Numbered from the stretch's first letter, positions 10,901 through 19,709 are shown. The stretch is 64,000 bases of DNA from an uncultured Gammaproteobacteria bacterium (GCA_964448725.1 CAYVAJ010000001.1:71525-135524), one strand, 5' to 3'. Notes: generated from the sequence alone by a model not told the origin. Numbers and translations are program-made.

Positions 10901-13900
10901 ATACCGATTGGGGGAGGAAGTTTCTTAATAACAAGTCCGGAAGAAGGATCAGAATTAAGTGGAACAGTATTACTTCAAGCAGAGAATCCACCTGCTGATG
11001 CCACTATTGTTAATTTTCACCAACGACTAAAAGGAACTACTGAATGGTTCTTTATTGGTGCTGATAGTAATCCTGGAGGGGGATGGAACGTTAATTTTGA
11101 CACTACAGCGCTTCCTGACGGTATATATGAAATTGAGTTGCGTTCTAAAACCAGCTCCAGCGCTACACCAATAGCTGTACCCACACTTTTAACTGTTACC
11201 CTTAACAATGGAAATCAAATAACACCAACGGTAACTCCAACCCCAGTGCCGGTGTATACCTTGTCAGGAAGCGTGTATGAAGATACAAATAGTAATGGAG
11301 TTAAAGACTTGAGTGAAAACGGGTATGGTGATGTGGTAGTGAGCACTAACACTGGACAAAGTACCACAACAGACAATGACGGGATATATGTGTTCTCTAA
11401 TCTTGTGGCAGGAACCTATGTGGTGACAGTGACAGTACCTGAAGGGTATAGCGCGACAACAACAAATCCTGTATCAGTAGCCGTAAGTGTTAATACTAGT
11501 CAACACTTTGGAATTGTTCTTCCCACCCCACCAACACCAACTATAACGATAATGCCTACTGTTACGCCCACACCTCCTACACCAACATCGATATCTGGTG
11601 TGTTGTGGTTTGCAGGACATGAGACAGGAAATATGAATGAGTGGTATGAGGAAAGTTGTGGAGGAGAGTTCAATAATGGTGAGGCTACATCTGCGGTTAG
11701 TACCGATGTTGCAAAATCAGGACTTTATTCATCAAAACTTACCATTAATGCAACAGGGGCAGATACTGGCACACGTCTTTTTCGATGGTGCGAATCTAGA
11801 GACCCAAGTGAAGAGCTTTATTATGGTGCATGGTTCTATCTTCCTGAGAAAGTGCAGGCAGTAGGTGGTTGGTGGAATATCTTCCAATATAAAAATAAAT
11901 ATCCACAAGGAGGAAACGATCCGTATTGGATTATAAATATAGGGAACAGGAGCAATGGTGATATGTATTTATATTTATATGATTGGGTTAAACAAAAAAG
12001 CTATTCGCAAACTCTTAAGGATATACCTGTAGGGCAATGGTTTCATATAGAAACATATTTGAAAGAAGCTACTGGAAATACGGGGATAATCAAAGTATGG
12101 CAGGATGGTCAAGAAATATTTAACATTCCTAATGTTGCAACGACAATAGCAGGAACTGAGCTTCAGTGGAGTGTCAATAACTATAGTAGTCAATTAAATC
12201 CGTCAAATGTAACTCTTTATATTGATGACGCATCTATTAGTGAATCAAGAATATGGGAAAATCCTGTAATACCATCTAATACAGCAACACCAGTTTCTCC
12301 AACCCCAACAGTAAGTCAGGTGTATACCTTGTCAGGAACTGTGTATGAAGATACAAATAGTAATGGAGTTAAAGACTTAAATGAGGTGGGAAAAAGCGGA
12401 GTAACTGTAAATACAGATACGGGGGAAAGTGTAACAACGGATGGTGAGGGAATGTATGTGTTTTCAAATCTTATGGCGGGGACCTATTCAGTTACTGTCG
12501 CGTTACCTGAAGGGTATAGCGCGACAACAACAAATCCTGTTACTGTGGCTATCAATACTAATACTACTCAGCATTTTGGAATTGTCCTTCCAGTTCCGCC
12601 GACCGCAACTCCAACTCCAGTTCCTCCTACAGCTACCCTAACACCAATTCCTCCGACAGCAACGCCAATTCCTGCTATGCCTACTCCTACACCAACGTCA
12701 ACACCAACACCCACACCAATATCACCCACAGCGACACCTATGGCTACCGCAACTCCAACAACAATTCCTTCCTATACTTTATCAGGAACTGTATATGTGG
12801 ACACAAACAGTAATGGGGTAAAAGATCCCACAGAGACTGGATATTCTGGTACTACGGTGAGTGTTAGCACAGGACAAAATGCTATAACTGATCAAAACGG
12901 CAAGTATACTTTCACTAATCTTCCCACAGGGATATATTCACTCACCCTTACTGTACCTACAGGATATCAACTAACTACTGTTAATCCTGCATCAGTTGTA
13001 ATGAATACTGATACCACTCAGCACTTTGGGATTGCTCCAATTCCTAGTAATACACCAACTCCCACACTTACACCTACTGCAATTCCAACTCTGGCAGTAA
13101 CAGTTACAGATTCTCCGTCTCCGACTTCAATACCGACTGCTACTCCTACTCCTGTACAGACATACTCCCTTACGGGAGTGGTATTTATTGACTCCAATGA
13201 AAACGGAGTAAAAGATACTGATGAGATGCCTGCAGCAGGAATAAGTGTTTCTTCTGTGGAACTAGGTGAAAAAACCAGTAATGGTGCTGGAGTTTATACA
13301 TTTAGCAATATTGTCCCAGCAATGTATCAGTTATCTCTCTCATTACCCACAGGGTATTATTCAACAACAACAAATACTGTTACTGTGGTCATAAATGCCA
13401 ACACTACTCAAAATTTTGGTATTGCGCCTATTCCCACAGCTACACCTACAGTTGAGCTTACTAATACACCAATTCCAACCGTAGCACCAGTTCCTTGTAC
13501 AGTAACTCAAGCTCAATGGAGTACTGATACCTTCACAGTTGATGAAGGAACTATTATTTCTCTGATGGTTTCAACAGATGGAGATTGCGAAGGCCAAGAA
13601 GTTACATTTGAAGTGAGAGAAGATGATCCAGTGGGGGATGATGCCGTGGAGAAAAATCCTCTCAACGCAATGATCCAAAATGGACAGGCAACTACTACCT
13701 GGCTTGTTGAATGGCAAGAAGATTGTTTGGGGTTTGGACTTTGTGCAAATCCTGAGTATTTCTTTACTGTCACTTTAGTTGAGAGTCAAGCTTCAGTTCG
13801 TTCATCAAACCCATTGCTTACGGTAAATAGAACTAATTTGCCTCAGTTTACTTTGCAACCTGAAGCTATCGTTAATACCACAACAGCTCAGATTAGATGG

Positions 13901-14869
13901 GGGACAAGCCACGAAATGTCTTCAGAGGTTATTCTAGGTTTAAGTGACCAATATCTTATTAATAAAAAGGATGAAGATGAGCAAAAACGCGTTATCTCTC
14001 ATAATATATCTCTTTCTGATCTTGTTCCTTGTACAACATATCAATATATGGTTCGTTCACTTGATATGACCGGATTTAAGATAGAGAGTCCCAAACTTAC
14101 GTTTACTACAAAAGGTTGTCTGGGTGATGCGCAAATACTGAATGAAACAGAGAAAAAGGTCGCAGTATCTACCGGAGGCTCTCTGAGTTTCCAAAATAAT
14201 AATAGCGTACTAGCTAAAATAGAGATACCTGCTCAATATAGCTCTCGTGATTTGTATTTTCAGATGAAAAAGATGTTGATCACAGATGTCCAAAATAGTA
14301 TTGGGGTACCTGAACAAAAAAGTGCGGTTGGTAACTTTATTTATAATCTTTCAGCACTTTCTACCGTTTCATCGGAATCTGCTGAATTTGATGAGCCTGT
14401 TTTAGTATCACTCTCTTATGATCCTGCTGACGTTGAGGAATACGATTCAGATTCATTATCAATTTATCGCTATGATGGTAGTAGCTGGAATATTCTCTCG
14501 GAGTGTTCTTATTTAAATGATGTATATACATTAACCTGTCAGACCACTCAGTTCTCACTTGTTGGAATTTATGGAGATCTAAAGGAAGTTGCTTCTATAC
14601 CAAGTCCAACAGATGCGCCAATTCGCACGGGAGGAGGTACGTCCCATAACTCTTCATCAAACGAAGGAGGAAATTCATCTGGCGGATCATCCAGCGGTGA
14701 TGTTTCCTCGCCAAGAGGGGCTGACATCAATAGTGATGGAAAAGTAAATATACTTGATCTTAGTGTCTTACTTTCTCAGTGGAATAAGTCAGGAACAGCT
14801 GATATTAATGGAGATGGACGGGTAAATATAGTAGATCTTTCCATACTCTTATCTCAGTGGAGTAGGTAA
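4964..14869 (+). CDS. giant (3301 aa) modular cell-surface protein: N-terminal TM anchor, pectate-lyase-like beta-helix, 2x CBM6/35-like, 6x Cna-B/SdrD-B-like, unknown core domain, jelly-roll (lyase/LamG-like) domain, FN3-like, C-terminal double dockerin
   Basis: GTG start. TM helix at aa 37-56. PL1-like motifs VIIRGLRIRVGD and HHNLMAHNRDRNPYI. CBM6-like repeats (RTTEGVDIETTTDVGGGYAVGY ... GWQNW) appear twice. YTLSGTVYVDTNSNGVKD...GTY.VTVT.PEGY modules appear six times, separated by P/T-rich linkers. The C-terminus has DINSDGKVNILDLSVLLSQW twice (dockerin). Confidence 0.85.
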   Translation: MQRNKKNTRIRNGRSSLGQDRNYWDYLEKQGKRFRVAFSLSALGIILFIALAITLPFEDKLYNFLFPKAPTQAAVPTVIQSSTANNGDAASSISAAWSAPTTNGNFLIAVLSANGATASTSAIAPDGWTVVSEQSSSSGLKQWVYYYNNAPQQTEPVSFTIEPAVKSALVLAEYKDVELANPIENHSNSMGDDTNPTHTFTPTSTDRLLIGAISTATGATVDTSNAGFSLIAQTATSTGEDLSNAGASLLFTHSTTTEPVTNNVELSTAAPWINTVIAVKAVQTAPTPTLVPGDLTIAGFTLMNADTGEEIGALINNQTLDLATLPTRNLSVVINTSPSPVGSVQIGYDEDSSYRSESGLPYSFNGETDSHFNPWTPSIGSHTITATPYSGKSLSGTPGTPSSVTFTVIDSSVTQTELLAFPGAEGFGRFAVGGRGGQVIKVTNLNDSGPGSFRAAVDTTGPRIVVFEVGGTINLTSDNIDIKNPYITIAGQTAPGGGIQIKNGMVAVSTHNVIIRGLRIRVGDQAGPPLESRDGIKASITGATTDVTDVIFDHNSISWAVDESASTYQGGSALKLSDITFQWNVFSETLQYSNHPDITGGGHHSMGPLIANESKNISFHHNLMAHNRDRNPYIQGGVTAEIINNVTYNYSCGGAIKIGKNVSNNPSFVNVIGNYIKRGPVGVGAQTCKGIRVETGNVAGTKVYVKSNIGYGRLTDSGDDWLAVESDTEGIFRSLTPAITGTGITTHSPTEAYDLVLENAGAVAPARDSVDARVVNDVKNTTGTFVDSPTDVGGWPSLASGTAPVDNDDDGIPDTWETSNGLNPANVADANSTAPSGYTWIEEYINSLIVIAPAEESTPTPTVTPTPSVTQTPYLGETIAIPGRFEAENYDKGGQGVSYSDTETANRGGEYRTTEGVDIETTTDVGGGYAVGYIRAGEWMEYTVNIAKAGKYNIDTRVASNGQGGTFHIEIDGADVTGPITIPTTGGWQNWITLSTEEIDLPSGTHILRIAMDSVGTNGGVGNINYLEISPYQAPYNETPVSIPGTIQMEDYDLGGEEVAYLDTASDNPSNRGRQYRTTEGVDIETTTDVGGGYAVGYTKAGEWLEYTVNVTQSATYIVKTRIASQGEGGIFHLEVDGVDISGPLQVPSTGGWQNWEDITITDVSISEGKHVIRVVMDSQNSSGNVGNFNYLSFSTDAGEITPTVIPTYTLSGTVYVDTNSNGVKDLDEDGSSGVTVSIDTGQSVTTDTEGEYLFSDLVAGTYTVTVTVPEGYSVTTTNPTTVAVSTNTSQHFGIVILAPPTATPVPTVTSTPVPPTATPTPTPNTPIYYTLSGTVYVDTNSNGVKDLDEDGLNGVTVSTDGGHSTTTNSEGVYTISDLAVGTYSVTVTPPEGYTTTTTNPASIALSDDTTQHFGIASLATPLATIVATVNGDDWHLPSDVPTSKTSGVYGYNNNALVTDKAPQYTWAQLHSGGSINNPTLTTSGLHNEVKTRRTVLRMNNNAEDEIPLHVRQRNNWQSYVMRNNIRVYPLWQDNWLTEYKAFLDKLLNETVAGTQYKLKDHPNFVGIQIQMSGSGKGEPFYSGGDLEKEEAMGLTPTKWENFLWEYNHAYLDYLGSGNEWKAFTVAKPNFIGNYNGSFTKAQYAEAVRYGTILSRTSALSPGERGMGVRVAGDYEGYRGSPSWEEMATIPANGIMQIHDFGQFAFPPFEQESHIDNQIENWYGGNNNTQGLSNTDPNDQKKIANGIRHSIIRLLTERHTFTWLDGEDADFIEDRYPGIVTYMKKSFGKLANTSPDAWVYLGKLGSITAMPRWITPLSVANPDGGVAFDMGNNQFANGVERHGWAIPSALKFDIDDRFIIPGSSNTVEAVVTYYDNNSKWHLDYDSTAGNLSAPIIQGAGSNQWKSVTIKLAGADFDGGISGGDVQIIADNGTPIIEMLRIIKTSTPLLTPTPTEVIQHTTTPTPTATLTPTATPSPTEIPIGGGSFLITSPEEGSELSGTVLLQAENPPADATIVNFHQRLKGTTEWFFIGADSNPGGGWNVNFDTTALPDGIYEIELRSKTSSSATPIAVPTLLTVTLNNGNQITPTVTPTPVPVYTLSGSVYEDTNSNGVKDLSENGYGDVVVSTNTGQSTTTDNDGIYVFSNLVAGTYVVTVTVPEGYSATTTNPVSVAVSVNTSQHFGIVLPTPPTPTITIMPTVTPTPPTPTSISGVLWFAGHETGNMNEWYEESCGGEFNNGEATSAVSTDVAKSGLYSSKLTINATGADTGTRLFRWCESRDPSEELYYGAWFYLPEKVQAVGGWWNIFQYKNKYPQGGNDPYWIINIGNRSNGDMYLYLYDWVKQKSYSQTLKDIPVGQWFHIETYLKEATGNTGIIKVWQDGQEIFNIPNVATTIAGTELQWSVNNYSSQLNPSNVTLYIDDASISESRIWENPVIPSNTATPVSPTPTVSQVYTLSGTVYEDTNSNGVKDLNEVGKSGVTVNTDTGESVTTDGEGMYVFSNLMAGTYSVTVALPEGYSATTTNPVTVAINTNTTQHFGIVLPVPPTATPTPVPPTATLTPIPPTATPIPAMPTPTPTSTPTPTPISPTATPMATATPTTIPSYTLSGTVYVDTNSNGVKDPTETGYSGTTVSVSTGQNAITDQNGKYTFTNLPTGIYSLTLTVPTGYQLTTVNPASVVMNTDTTQHFGIAPIPSNTPTPTLTPTAIPTLAVTVTDSPSPTSIPTATPTPVQTYSLTGVVFIDSNENGVKDTDEMPAAGISVSSVELGEKTSNGAGVYTFSNIVPAMYQLSLSLPTGYYSTTTNTVTVVINANTTQNFGIAPIPTATPTVELTNTPIPTVAPVPCTVTQAQWSTDTFTVDEGTIISLMVSTDGDCEGQEVTFEVREDDPVGDDAVEKNPLNAMIQNGQATTTWLVEWQEDCLGFGLCANPEYFFTVTLVESQASVRSSNPLLTVNRTNLPQFTLQPEAIVNTTTAQIRWGTSHEMSSEVILGLSDQYLINKKDEDEQKRVISHNISLSDLVPCTTYQYMVRSLDMTGFKIESPKLTFTTKGCLGDAQILNETEKKVAVSTGGSLSFQNNNSVLAKIEIPAQYSSRDLYFQMKKMLITDVQNSIGVPEQKSAVGNFIYNLSALSTVSSESAEFDEPVLVSLSYDPADVEEYDSDSLSIYRYDGSSWNILSECSYLNDVYTLTCQTTQFSLVGIYGDLKEVASIPSPTDAPIRTGGGTSHNSSSNEGGNSSGGSSSGDVSSPRGADINSDGKVNILDLSVLLSQWNKSGTADINGDGRVNIVDLSILLSQWSR
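7576..8545 (+). repeat. tandem duplication of a CBM6/35-like module inside the giant gene (two ~480-bp units; identical 65-mers at 7694..7758 and 8189..8253)
   Basis: Direct read: tatcgcacgacagaaggagtggatattgagaccactacggatgttggaggtggttatgcagttgg occurs identically twice. Confidence 0.8.
8577..9200 (+). repeat. tandem Cna-B/SdrD-B-like module repeats (56-mer 8588..8643 repeated at 8951..9006 with 1 mismatch). Four further diverged copies lie at about 11245, 12315, 12765 and 13155
   Basis: tataccttgtcagg[t/a]actgtgtatgtggacacaaatagtaatggagttaaagatct repeated; protein-level modules YTLSGTVY.DTNSNGVKD. Confidence 0.8.
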
Positions 14870-14959
14870 CATGCAAGAGCGGACAATCCTTTTGTTGCTT
14901 GGCAGGAAAATGCTTGAAAAAACGTACCGAGTTGAATTAACAAAAAAAGTGAATGGAAT

Positions 14960-15403
14960 TTATTTAACAATGATTGTTCCTTTTCTCTCAGGATGAAAGT
15001 AATCGTGGTAGGTATAAGTACCAGAGTTCTCAAAAATATGAACTACTGTTGAACCTTGGGGAATTTCCCCAAGATTCAACTCAGGATATTTTTTATTCGT
15101 AGGATGATCATCTGAATTTACTGAAGCATGTTCATCATTTGTCTTGTTTGTCCATCGGACTGCGGCGCCTTTTTGTATGGTTATTTCACTTGGATTAAAT
15201 CCATCATTGGTTAACTCTACTGAAATTTCTGTAGGAAGAGCAGCAGGTTGGCTTTCATTCTTACCTCTTATTATAAACACTACTCCTATCACAAGGATCA
15301 CCAAAGCAATTACTCCCACTAAAATAAGTATTCTCAACAAAGTATTCTTCTGTGCAGAGAGTGATTGAGGGGAACCTTCTTTTTGATAGGATACTGATTC
15401 CAT
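14960..15403 (-). CDS. membrane-anchored cupredoxin-like domain protein (Cys ligand absent)
   Basis: N-terminal TM segment; ITIQKGAAVRWTNKTNDEHASV ... GTYTYHDYFHPERKGTIIVK resembles the plastocyanin/cupredoxin fold, with the Cys replaced. Confidence 0.4.
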   Translation of the reverse strand: MESVSYQKEGSPQSLSAQKNTLLRILILVGVIALVILVIGVVFIIRGKNESQPAALPTEISVELTNDGFNPSEITIQKGAAVRWTNKTNDEHASVNSDDHPTNKKYPELNLGEIPQGSTVVHIFENSGTYTYHDYFHPERKGTIIVK

Positions 15404-15497
15404 AAACTGTTTTTAGTATATGAACTCAGCTATGCAAATGTAAATAACCAATTGTGTATAACTCTGTAAAATGAATAGAGTTTTGAAACAGAAAAAA

Positions 15498-16091
15498 TTA
15501 TATGAATTGTTTCAGGCTTTGTACGTCATCAAGCAATGTTTTTTTACTGCTTCCCGAATACAGGGCAACTGCTGGATGGTAGAGCGGGACAATATGGATT
15601 GGTCCATACGCAGCATTTGTTTTGATTACTTTTCCATGCAGAGTTGTAATGGTTTGTGTCTGTTCGGCAGCGTTAAACTTTTCCAATATATATTTCATAG
15701 AAAATCGGCCGAGTGTCGCTATAACTTTTGGTTGAATTATATTTATCTGTGCATCAAGAAAAGGTGAATAGAGAGCAATCTCGGCAGGTAAAGGGTCTCT
15801 GTTTTCAGGAGGGCGGTCTTTTACAATATTGGTAATATAAACATTTTCTCGGGAGAGACCTATTGAGGTGATTATCTCGGTTAATATCCTGCCAGATGCA
15901 CCACAGAAAGGTTTGCCTTGCTCTGCCTCATTCTTTCCAGGTGCCTCACCAATAAAGACAATATTTGCATTATGACTTCCTTCTCCAATAACAGGAAAGT
16001 ATTTATTCTTTGTTCTGTATTCGTACAGTGGAGATTGGGTAAGGTTCCAAATGCTATCTCTGATTTCCCGCATTTGATCCTTTTTGCTCAT
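15498..16091 (-). CDS. uracil-DNA glycosylase, family 4
   Basis: GEAPGKNEAEQGKPFCGASGRIL and the HPAVALY motif; start re-placed at the ATG at 16091 (the track uses an upstream TTG). Confidence 0.8.
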   Translation of the reverse strand: MSKKDQMREIRDSIWNLTQSPLYEYRTKNKYFPVIGEGSHNANIVFIGEAPGKNEAEQGKPFCGASGRILTEIITSIGLSRENVYITNIVKDRPPENRDPLPAEIALYSPFLDAQINIIQPKVIATLGRFSMKYILEKFNAAEQTQTITTLHGKVIKTNAAYGPIHIVPLYHPAVALYSGSSKKTLLDDVQSLKQFI

Positions 16092-16097
16092 ATTTGT

Positions 16098-16125
16098 ATT
16101 ATACAAAACACTTGCTCATTGTAAA
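16098..16125 (-). promoter_or_regulatory. sigma70-like promoter, leaderless transcript for the UDG gene
   Basis: Minus strand: TTTACA, 16-nt spacer, TATAAT, then 6 nt, then ATG. Confidence 0.4.
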
Positions 16126-16161
16126 TCTTTTTGTCTATAATTAAAAACTTGCAAAGACAGT

Positions 16162-16770
16162 ATGATAGAAGTGTTTTTTGATATTGAAACAAAAAAGTTA
16201 TTTCACGAAGTAGAGAATCGTGATGTAACAAAACTAGGTGTCTCCATAGTATCAGTATATCAGCGTGAGATTGATTCAAATTTCAGAGAGGTAAGTGGAC
16301 ACATGCGAAGTTATTGGGAGAAAGACTTTCCTGAGCTTTGGAAAGTGCTTCATGACGCAGACCGGATCATTGGATTTAATTCAGTAAGCTTTGATGCAGC
16401 TGTACTCCAGCCATATGCTCCATTTGCATTACAAAAGCTTGCTCATTTTGATATGTTGGCAGAAGTGCGTAAGGTGCTGGGACACAGACTTAGTCTTAAT
16501 GCACTTGCCTCACAAACATTGGGATCAGTAAAAACTGATGTTGGAACAAATGCTGTTGTATATTTTGCGAATGGAGATCCTGAGAGTTTGCAGAAACTTC
16601 AATCATATTGTGAAGCAGACGTTGCAATAACACGCGACTTATATGATTATGGGGTGAAAAATAAACATCTTAAATATTTAGATAAATGGAACACTCCTCG
16701 AATTGTTGAAATTGATTTTTCTTACCCTGAACATGCAACAGAGTCTGGAAAACAGACAAGTCTTTTCTAG
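16162..16770 (+). CDS. RNase H-like DEDDy 3'-5' exonuclease (YprB-like)
   Basis: FFDIETKK (Exo I), FNSVSFDAAVL (Exo II) and YCEADVAITRDLYDY (Exo III, Y-x3-D). Confidence 0.55.
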   Translation: MIEVFFDIETKKLFHEVENRDVTKLGVSIVSVYQREIDSNFREVSGHMRSYWEKDFPELWKVLHDADRIIGFNSVSFDAAVLQPYAPFALQKLAHFDMLAEVRKVLGHRLSLNALASQTLGSVKTDVGTNAVVYFANGDPESLQKLQSYCEADVAITRDLYDYGVKNKHLKYLDKWNTPRIVEIDFSYPEHATESGKQTSLF

Positions 16771-17032
16771 TAATCAGATCTATTTCCGCCCAGCTTTATA
16801 CCTAACACTTACACAATCTTGCATTTCTTCATGTATCTTTTTCCTACAATAGGATTATATGGATTCAATATTACTTGCAACAATCTCAGTTGGCATTGTG
16901 TACTACATGAAAAGTTCATTACTATTATGAAATTTAGAATGTTTAAAAAACATCAAAAAAGCGCTGATAAGAAAAAGGATCAAGTACTGCAAATTGGTAG
17001 AAAACAATTTGAGAAATTAGCAAAAAAAGGAA

Positions 17033-17821
17033 TCATGATACAGCTGGTACAGGTATAGTAAAAGCCTCATTGCTCTGATACTCTCCAATTGTTAGTCTTT
17101 TTATTGAAAGAGCAAGTGCTGGTATACCTACTCTTGCTCCAATTTCATGAGCTAAAGATCTCATATATGCTCCTTGGGTAGCGTCTACTTGTATTGTTAA
17201 CACAGGAAAATCTTTTGGTGCGTGGGAAAGTTCCTTTTTCCATTGTCTCAGAATTTCATCTTGCCTGAAGTCTCCAGAGATATGAGCTATGATCGGGGTA
17301 ATTGAAGAGAGCAGTTCATGAGACGAATAGGTCTTTGAGGAGATGAGAGAGACCTCTTTTATTTCTATGTTTTTTGTAGGGATTGTAATAGTATCAAGTA
17401 ATCCTTTTCGTGCCCAGTAAAAAAGTGGTTTTCCATTTACTCTGGCAGATGAATATGGAGGATACGCTTGGTCATGTTTTCCAACAAACTCTGGCAGAAC
17501 TGTAGAGACTTTATGTGAAATATCAGCTGGGATACTCTCTGTGCGGTGAGTGATCAGCCCTAACATATCATAGGTATCTGTTGCAAAGCCAAACAGTATT
17601 GTTACCTCATATGTTTTTGGAAGCATTTGATAATGTTCACGTTTTTTACATTCATCTCCAACAAGTACTAATAAAAGTCCTTCAGCCATTGGATCAAGTC
17701 TACCCGCATATGCAAGCGTCTCATCCTGCAAAGAAGGATTTGCTTTTCGAAGACTATGAAGTGCTTGGAGTGGGGTTATTCCTAAGGGTTTATATACTGG
17801 AATGACAGATTGAGAAGGCAT
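17033..17821 (-). CDS. truB: tRNA pseudouridine(55) synthase TruB
   Basis: YKPLGITPLQALHSLRK...AYAGRLDPMAEGLLLVLVGDECKK. Start moved to the ATG at 17821 (MPSQSV...) so the gene does not overlap the sod gene. Confidence 0.8.
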   Translation of the reverse strand: MPSQSVIPVYKPLGITPLQALHSLRKANPSLQDETLAYAGRLDPMAEGLLLVLVGDECKKREHYQMLPKTYEVTILFGFATDTYDMLGLITHRTESIPADISHKVSTVLPEFVGKHDQAYPPYSSARVNGKPLFYWARKGLLDTITIPTKNIEIKEVSLISSKTYSSHELLSSITPIIAHISGDFRQDEILRQWKKELSHAPKDFPVLTIQVDATQGAYMRSLAHEIGARVGIPALALSIKRLTIGEYQSNEAFTIPVPAVS

Positions 17822-17828
17822 GAGTGGA

Positions 17829-18434
17829 TTAACGACTTTCTGCAAAGCGACGTGATACTTCTTCCCAATTGACAACACTCCACCATGCATCAATATATTC
17901 CGGTCGTTTGTTTTGATAGCGCAGATAATAGGCGTGTTCCCACACATCCAGTCCGAGTAGTGGCGTTGCGCCATTCATGAGAGGATTATCCTGATTTGGA
18001 GTACTTGTGACAGACAGCTCACCATCTTTTATGGTAAGCCATGCCCATCCACTGCCAAATACGCCGGTTGCGCTTTGTGTAAATTCTTCTTTAAAAGACT
18101 GTACATCCCCAAATGATGTTTGTATTGCTTCTTGGAGATCATCGGACATACTGCTTCCTTCATGAGGTGTCATGATTGTCCAGAAAAGTGTGTGATTTGC
18201 GTGTCCTCCAGCATTATTACGAACTTTTGTTCGGATATCTTCAGGTACTCGGTCAAGACTTTGAATAAGTTCTTCTATTGGGAGTGCTGCAAGATCTTCA
18301 TGAGCAGTGAGTGCATCATTGACGTTTTTTATATATGTTGCATGATGCTTGTCGTGATGCAATCGCATTGTTTCTTCATCAACTGCACGATCAAGTGCGT
18401 TATAGTCGTAAGGAAGATCAGGAAGTGTATACAT
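17829..18434 (-). CDS. sodA: Fe/Mn superoxide dismutase
   Basis: LPYDYNALDRAVDEETMRLHHDKHHATY, FGSGWAWL and DVWEHAYYLRYQNKRPEY hallmark motifs. Confidence 0.9.
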   Translation of the reverse strand: MYTLPDLPYDYNALDRAVDEETMRLHHDKHHATYIKNVNDALTAHEDLAALPIEELIQSLDRVPEDIRTKVRNNAGGHANHTLFWTIMTPHEGSSMSDDLQEAIQTSFGDVQSFKEEFTQSATGVFGSGWAWLTIKDGELSVTSTPNQDNPLMNGATPLLGLDVWEHAYYLRYQNKRPEYIDAWWSVVNWEEVSRRFAESR

Positions 18435-18503
18435 GATATAAGAGTATATCTATGATAAAACAATTATTCAAGATATGGGTAAGAGTTCTGTAACAGTTAT
18501 CTT

Positions 18504-19631
18504 TTATTTTTCTCGCCATTTTGTTGCAGCCCACGCAGACAAAATAGTTGCAATAGGTACTGCAAGCACCAACCCAATGCTTCCGGCAAGGGTACGGACT
18601 GCTTCCTCAACAATAATTTGACTATTTAGGATCACCCAGTAAGGTTGATGAGAAGGATTGAGAACAAAGATGATAAATAAGCTGAGTGATGCTCCTGCAT
18701 ACGCAAGAACTAAGGTATTCACGAGAGAGGCAATGTGTTCTTTTCCAACAGTATATCCGCGAATAACAAGATCCATAAATTCTAATTTTTTGTTTGCTCT
18801 TGCAATCTCAAACACTGCTGCTGCCTGTGATGTAGTAATATCATCAAGTACTCCTAGTGCGCCAATAATTATGCCACCAAGCAATAACCCTTTTAGATTT
18901 ATTGATGTTGGGCCAAATTGCAGGAGGTATGCATCCTCACTGCCAAGACCAGTAAGATCTGTAATATTGACAAAGAAGTAGGCAAGGATACCAGTTGCAA
19001 ACAGTGATATCGCAGTTGCTCCAAGCGCAATTGTTGTTCGTCTAGATATTCCATGTGCAAGGTAAATTGTTAACAACATAATGACTAGAGATCCAACAAT
19101 GCTTATAAGAAGAGGGTCTTTTCCTTGGAGTATTTGGGGAACAATAAACTGCAAAATGACGAATATGCTCACAATCATACCGATGATTGATCCAACCCCT
19201 TTTTTTCCAGCAATGAGTATAACGAGTATGAAAAATCCAATGATAATATAAATCAGAGTATCTAATCGATATCTATCCTGGACAGAGTAGGTAATGGTAT
19301 CTGCTTGAATTGTTTTTATAAGTATTACTGTTTCTCCTGGGATAAGTTTTTGTGATGAAGCAGACTGGAGGACTCCACCATGTTCTAAATTGACAATATT
19401 TCCTTTTTCTTCTCCTTCCATAATCTTGAGTTGTGCAGTCTGAACAAAATTAGTATATCCAGCAACCTCTTTTTGATCTTCTGCAGTAATTTCAACAACA
19501 GTTGCCTTGTAATAGTGTTCCTCAGGAGGCTCAGGTGGAAGAACTCCTTGTTGGGCAAAGCTTGATTTAGCAAAAAATGAAAGAAATAGTAAAAAAACAA
19601 AAAATGCGCGTAGTACCGTATTCACAAACAT
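18504..19631 (-). CDS. YibE/F-family polytopic membrane protein
   Basis: Signal peptide plus an extracytoplasmic N-terminal domain, then 7-8 TM helices; the GALGVLDDITTSQAAAVFE pattern is typical of YibE/F. Confidence 0.55.
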   Translation of the reverse strand: MFVNTVLRAFFVFLLFLSFFAKSSFAQQGVLPPEPPEEHYYKATVVEITAEDQKEVAGYTNFVQTAQLKIMEGEEKGNIVNLEHGGVLQSASSQKLIPGETVILIKTIQADTITYSVQDRYRLDTLIYIIIGFFILVILIAGKKGVGSIIGMIVSIFVILQFIVPQILQGKDPLLISIVGSLVIMLLTIYLAHGISRRTTIALGATAISLFATGILAYFFVNITDLTGLGSEDAYLLQFGPTSINLKGLLLGGIIIGALGVLDDITTSQAAAVFEIARANKKLEFMDLVIRGYTVGKEHIASLVNTLVLAYAGASLSLFIIFVLNPSHQPYWVILNSQIIVEEAVRTLAGSIGLVLAVPIATILSAWAATKWREK

Positions 19632-19709
19632 ACCGATAGTATACCAGGCAGTATCTCTTTATTGTAGAATGCTTCTTAGATAGTGTATAATCATTATCAC
19701 TATAAGACT

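Noticed and set aside
16819-17058. 79-aa plus-strand ORF between the exonuclease gene and truB
   Set aside because: Overlaps the truB 3' end, has no RBS or promoter context and no recognisable family; possibly a small K-rich protein, but unsupported.
17822-17974. Longer TruB N-terminus overlapping the sod gene by 146 nt, and similar long GTG/TTG-initiated N-terminal extensions in other track ORFs
   Set aside because: An internal ATG gives the canonical N-terminus and removes the overlap. The same logic was applied to the M23, TM, PrgI-like, UDG, nrdR, DUF5667 and AI-2E genes.
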